Part shown: in pieces, positions 59,794 through 64,000 of the stretch | How the letters are laid out: each line of letters opens with the position of its first letter | Position numbering within the stretch: the stretch's first letter is position 1 | Source: Macrostomum lignano | Lineage: Eukaryota | Direction: 5' to 3' | Length of the DNA stretch: 64,000 bases | Assembly: GCA_002269645.1 (NCBI GenBank) | Contig: NIVC01000900.1 | Location: forward strand, 276,117-340,116 | Translations under genes and position numbers: made by a program | The notes under the pieces: generated by a model | Told to the model about the DNA's origin: nothing | The model's database searches: none | What the model saw: the letters and a program-made list of their open reading frames with translations, nothing else

Positions 59794-60636
59794 TTAAATT
59801 TTGAAGTACCAGAAGGGATCGGCGCATTCGCAGGCTCCAAGCATCGCGTGATAACTCGATCTGTCGTTCAAACCAAAGTACTGAATTCTGGCTCGCTTGT
59901 CGCTTTCGTAGGTTCCGCTACCCTTACTGGCTTGCCAGACTCCTCCGCTTGTCGTGTTCAGCAGCGGCAGAGGCCAGCCGCAGTCCGCCCACTCCCAGAG
60001 GTCGTCGTTCACCATCGATGCGCTAACCCATATATCCTCGGTGGAAAATCCGGTTGAATTCCTCACGTCCTGCAGCTCCTCAACGCTGCTGAGATCGGCC
60101 AGCTTTGTCAGCCGCATGACGGACCCGTCCGAGCTGCTCAAGAAGCTCCGGCAGCTGTTGGTCTGAGCACTATAGTTGGCCATCTGCCCGCTCCCAGCAG
60201 CCTTGTACAGCGAGCCCTTGAAGCTGCTGCCGCTGACGCCGGACACCCAGCGATAGTCGGCGGGACAGAGCCGGCCCGGCTCGAGACCCTCCGACTGCTT
60301 GACGAAGACTCGGAGCTGCCGGCTGGCGCAGCCGCTGTTCGCTATCGAGCTGGCATCGAGCAGCAGCTGCGAGCTGCAGGCATCGAAGGAGAACAGCAGG
60401 CAGACCTGAGCGTCCGAGGCGTGTCCGGCCTCCATGGCGAAGGCCCGGCACCGCGGAGCTGCCCGACAGCGAATTGCGCAGGTCAAAACATCGACTTGAA
60501 GCTCCTGGTAGTGGCCTGGGGACACGCAGTTAGAGGTGATGATGGAATGAAAGTCCGCTCTCTGCCTGCAGCAGGGCGCCAGGCGACTCAGCAGCAGCAA
60601 AGTCAGCAGCAGTCGCGCAACCTCGTCTAAAAACAT
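59794..60636 (-). CDS. Secreted PAN/apple + C-type-lectin-like protein, 280 aa, single exon
   Basis: Signal peptide; PAN C...C...PRC.AF..VC; CTLD-like CP..Y..C..LA..EE..WV....WEW.D..W..ACEC. Confidence 0.75.
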   Translation of the reverse strand: MFLDEVARLLLTLLLLSRLAPCCRQRADFHSIITSNCVSPGHYQELQVDVLTCAIRCRAAPRCRAFAMEAGHASDAQVCLLFSFDACSSQLLLDASSIANSGCASRQLRVFVKQSEGLEPGRLCPADYRWVSGVSGSSFKGSLYKAAGSGQMANYSAQTNSCRSFLSSSDGSVMRLTKLADLSSVEELQDVRNSTGFSTEDIWVSASMVNDDLWEWADCGWPLPLLNTTSGGVWQASKGSGTYESDKRARIQYFGLNDRSSYHAMLGACECADPFWYFKI

Positions 60637-61524
60637 GGCTTGGGTTTAGGGACTTGTTGAAAACTGGTGCAGCAGCCTAGGTAGAGATCGATGGGTGTGA
60701 AAGACGCCTGCTGCAGCTAGACTTATAGGCAATTTTTTCTTGCTTGTCGCGTTCATTCAAGTGTTTCTGCGCCGGCTCTCGTGGGAAATTTTGCCCCCAG
60801 AGTTAGATGCTGCGTTCAATATTTAATGAGGCACGATTTTCCGCATGAGAAACAACCAGCGTTTTTCGCTTTCTCTTGCGATTCCCATATAGAAAAGAAT
60901 GGCTACTGCTTTTTTATTGTAATTTCTTAGCAGTTTCTCCATCGCCAGTCTACAGCCTATAGGGCTTAGAAATTCAAGACTTATAATGAGGTAAAGCAGA
61001 AAGATAGAACAATAGAACTGGAGCAATTAGGGGTCCAAAATAGTGCGCAGCAGCGCATGGCAAAACTACAGCAGCCTCTATCGATCATTTCAGACAGAAA
61101 CCAAAGGCGCGGCGGCAACAGGCGGAGGCGGCCCAGTCGCAGAATTCCAATTGAGCCGGGCACGGAGGCCGCTCCAAGGGAGGAGCATGGGACACGTCGA
61201 CTGGCGTAGCAACCGAGGGACGGACGCGCGGACCGGCCTGTACAAAAGGACTGTGAAAAAACTTAAGACTGAACCTCCCCCGGATACTCTAACGCAACCA
61301 GAGTAAACTGGAGGAGGCTCACCGCCCAACCCTCACCCCCTTAGCAACATATTCTACATATCTAGTCTCAATTCTGTTGCATGCACTGTTTGTGTAAACC
61401 TACCGTCGTCAACCTAGGGATATCCCACCCCATCGACGGAAGGGGAAGAAATTGTGGGAAACAGAAAAAAGACTCAATCTGAGCCCCGAGCGGCACTTCT
61501 GCTTTTCCTCAGTTTAGAGAACTC

Positions 61525-62006
61525 TGTAGCAGAAAACGTTTGCAAAGTTGATTGAAGAATTATTTTAGTTAAAGTACACTTGAATTAAAGTACACTTGAG
61601 TTCAAGTACCGAAGTAGCCAACCGTGATCTCGATAGGGTTATCGATACGAGTATAGAGCCTTCAAATTAGGTAGTTCAACGAAGTAGAGTCTTACACAGC
61701 CTTTCCAACAGAAGTATCACTCTTTAATAGTCCAAGACCCACTGAAAAAGCCGATAGCGTGCCGCTAGTGAGCCACTATCTATATGGTGGCATATTCATG
61801 GCAGACAAAACATGAAACAAGTGCTTAAAGTGCAACACACTGATTTATAGACTTCTCAGGCAGGTAGTTGCGACAGACTTCGATGAGGCATAGCTACCGT
61901 CACTGGATCTTCAACGTCACTGTCCCAGCGCTCGAGCTGAGGGGTTAGGTGCAGTTATCCGCTTCTTCGTCGCTTCTCTAGCTACCACTGGTTCGAGATC
62001 GTAACA
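61525..62006. mobile_element. Solo LTR (family B), 482 bp
   Basis: TGTAGC...GTAACA with 4-bp TSD ACTC (61521-24 / 62007-10). TATAAAT on the minus strand. Confidence 0.7.
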
Positions 62007-62814
62007 ACTCAGTTGTTGTGCAATCGTGCCCTTTTTCGCCCCGTGCCCCGTCCTAACCCTTCCAGTCTGCCCCACCCCTCCATTTTTCTGATTAATCGAT
62101 GCGTACGCCGATCACGCCATCTCGCACCACCTCCCCCTACTGTACCGTACATCTGTTCTAAATGTATTCATGTACTCGTAGGTCAGATAATAAATATAAT
62201 TAATTTGCTGTCTATCTGCATGATATGCTTTGCTGTGATATGCTTTTGCTTCGATCCATGACTTGATCATCCTGCTCCTGCAATCTCCAACATTTTCAAT
62301 TCGCATTACAGGATAGATATGTATTTCAAAGGCCACTACTGTGAACATTTCATTTGAGACTCACGGTTGAGCTAGCTTTATTAGCACATTGTTAGACATG
62401 TAAATACGCGCTTTGCCTGTCTATTCCACGAGTGTTAAAAATCACGGAGAGCATCAGTAGCCTAACTTTGCTACTATATACTAGTAACACGGCAAAAATT
62501 TTATTCGTGCATCAAAATTGTATTCTTAGTATAGCTACACACTCATAAAATTAGAACATGGAGCGTAGTAGTCAATTACGAATAACAAAGAACAAGATTA
62601 ACCAGTGTTAGCACTGTGATGAACTTTAATTTATTAGAGAATGCACTTTGCTTAGTAGCCGTCAACGGCTGAGAATCCTATTGATGTCTATGGACATTTG
62701 TACAGTTCAATTCTGTGGCTTAAAGAGTTGCCAAAATATAATTGAAAAAGACCAAGCGTCTGCAGAGTTAAGCTAAAGGCTGAGACTCGATCAATTTACT
62801 TACTCGTCCCAAAA

Positions 62815-63345
62815 AACGAACACTGGCGACGACGGCTGGTCTTATCGAGCCTCTGGAGACAGAAGCCCCAGCGGAAATTGAGCGCTGGTTCCAACGCTTC
62901 GAAGCAGTTTCCAAGCTGAACAAGTGGGATGACACCGCTCAGAAGTTCGCCCTCATCGCACACCTCGGCAAGAAGGCCTTCGCACTGTTGGCGGACGCGC
63001 TATTGCCAGATAAGCCTGACGCCAAGACCTACGCTGATCTGAAAACTCAGCTGATCAAGGAGACGAAAGCGGCGAAATCCGAGATTGCATACCGCGTACG
63101 CGTTCCATCACCTCAAGCAGGACGACGGCGAAGACGTTTCTGCCTACGCAAGAAGGCTGCGACTGGGTTCGGAGAACTGCGGCTTTTCAACCGCCGAACT
63201 GAAAGACCGCCTGCGGGACCAATTTATCTTCGGATTGTCGAACAAGGAGATCGTAAGAAAGTTGCTAACGGAGAAACTGAAAGATCTGACGTGGGAAAAA
63301 GTAACTACGGTGGCCAATGCATGCGAGGCCGTAAGTCGCGGCGAG
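62815..63345 (+). mobile_element. Gypsy (Mag-like) PBS and gag fragment, frameshifted
   Basis: PBS-like CA-CTGGCGACGA; W..RFE..KFALIAHLG..LPDKP..KTYADL; KQ..GE.VSAY..RLR..NCGF..LRDQFIFGL..I..KLL.EK..LT.EK. Confidence 0.85.
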
Positions 63346-63847
63346 AGATTTTTGATTTTGATTTTGATTTGATTTATTGACAGAACTCGGCCGAATTCAT
63401 TTTGATTCTTTTGAAAAATAACAAATATTTTTATCAAGCTGTGCATTACTGAAAAGTTTTACCGATTAATATAGTTGACTACATCAGTATAATAGCGAGT
63501 GTTTAATCTTGCAATCTTGCAAAATACGACTTCGTTCATCGTAGTAAAACAAAATCTTAAAGAGAGAAGTTAGTTGCTGAAATTTAATTGCTGATTGATT
63601 TTTTCGGAGCAAAGACGTCTTTAGGAGAAGACAATGCGCTTGATAATTATGAGTTGATAACCATCAGTTGAAAAGTTAAAAAGTGCATTGTAAACGGAAA
63701 GAAAAACAATATTTAATGGAGTACATGCTCATAACAGAAGCGTGAAATAAAATAATTTGTAAGGATTTAGCTCGTAAACACACTGCAATCTTTTACACCG
63801 CGGATCGCTACAAAGGAAATCTTATTTTCCTTTGCTGATTTCTTACA

Positions 63848-64000
63848 TTAAATTTTGAAGTACCAGAAGGGATCGGCGCATTCGCAGGCTCCAAGCATCG
63901 CGTGATAACTCGATCTGTCGTTCAAACCAAAGTACTGAATTCTGGCTCGCTTGTCGCTTTCGTAGGTTCCGCTACCCTTACCGGCTTGCCAGACTCCTCC
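63848..64000 (-). CDS. 3' end of a second PAN/C-type-lectin paralog, cut off by the window edge
   Basis: 63771-64000 is near-identical to ~59716-59946, including the stop codon. Confidence 0.8.
   Translation of the reverse strand, partial: GGVWQAGKGSGTYESDKRARIQYFGLNDRSSYHAMLGACECADPFWYFKI

Noticed and set aside
61043-61306. Possible BEL/Pao C-terminal remnant (..G.YKRTVKKL)
   Set aside because: The match is a few residues with no supporting integrase motifs nearby.

Overview
Eukaryotic, intron-containing, transposon-rich animal DNA. The style (minisatellite-filled introns, PAN-domain secreted proteins, single-base deletions in exons) suggests a free-living flatworm such as Macrostomum, but that is inference. 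Left to right: the 3' half of an usherin (USH2A)-like FN3 receptor (+, 0.4-13.0 kb); a small ankyrin gene (-) head-to-head with a secreted PAN + LamG-like gene (+); the 3' half of a DDX60-like helicase (-, 23.9-30.9 kb) carrying an inserted ZZ zinc finger; a CpG-depleted block of decayed TEs (about 35-41 kb); a 4-exon gene with probable SEFIR/TIR-like domains whose three introns each hold a different minisatellite (+, 40.2-44.1 kb); an intronless 877-aa IFIT-like TPR protein with a candidate HEPN-like C-terminal domain (-, 48.7-51.3 kb) and an inverted pseudogenic copy of that domain; a 4-kb element with apparently identical 1,759-bp inverted arms; and tandem PAN/C-type-lectin genes at the right end. 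TEs include three mariner-type elements, Gypsy fragments, four solo LTRs with TSDs, and Penelope, RNase-H LINE and Crypton fragments. The best candidate for an undescribed system is an invertebrate cluster of antiviral-type genes: IFIT-like sensor with putative nuclease, DDX60-ZZ, and a SEFIR/TIR protein. All homology calls are from remembered family motifs; no database search was run.
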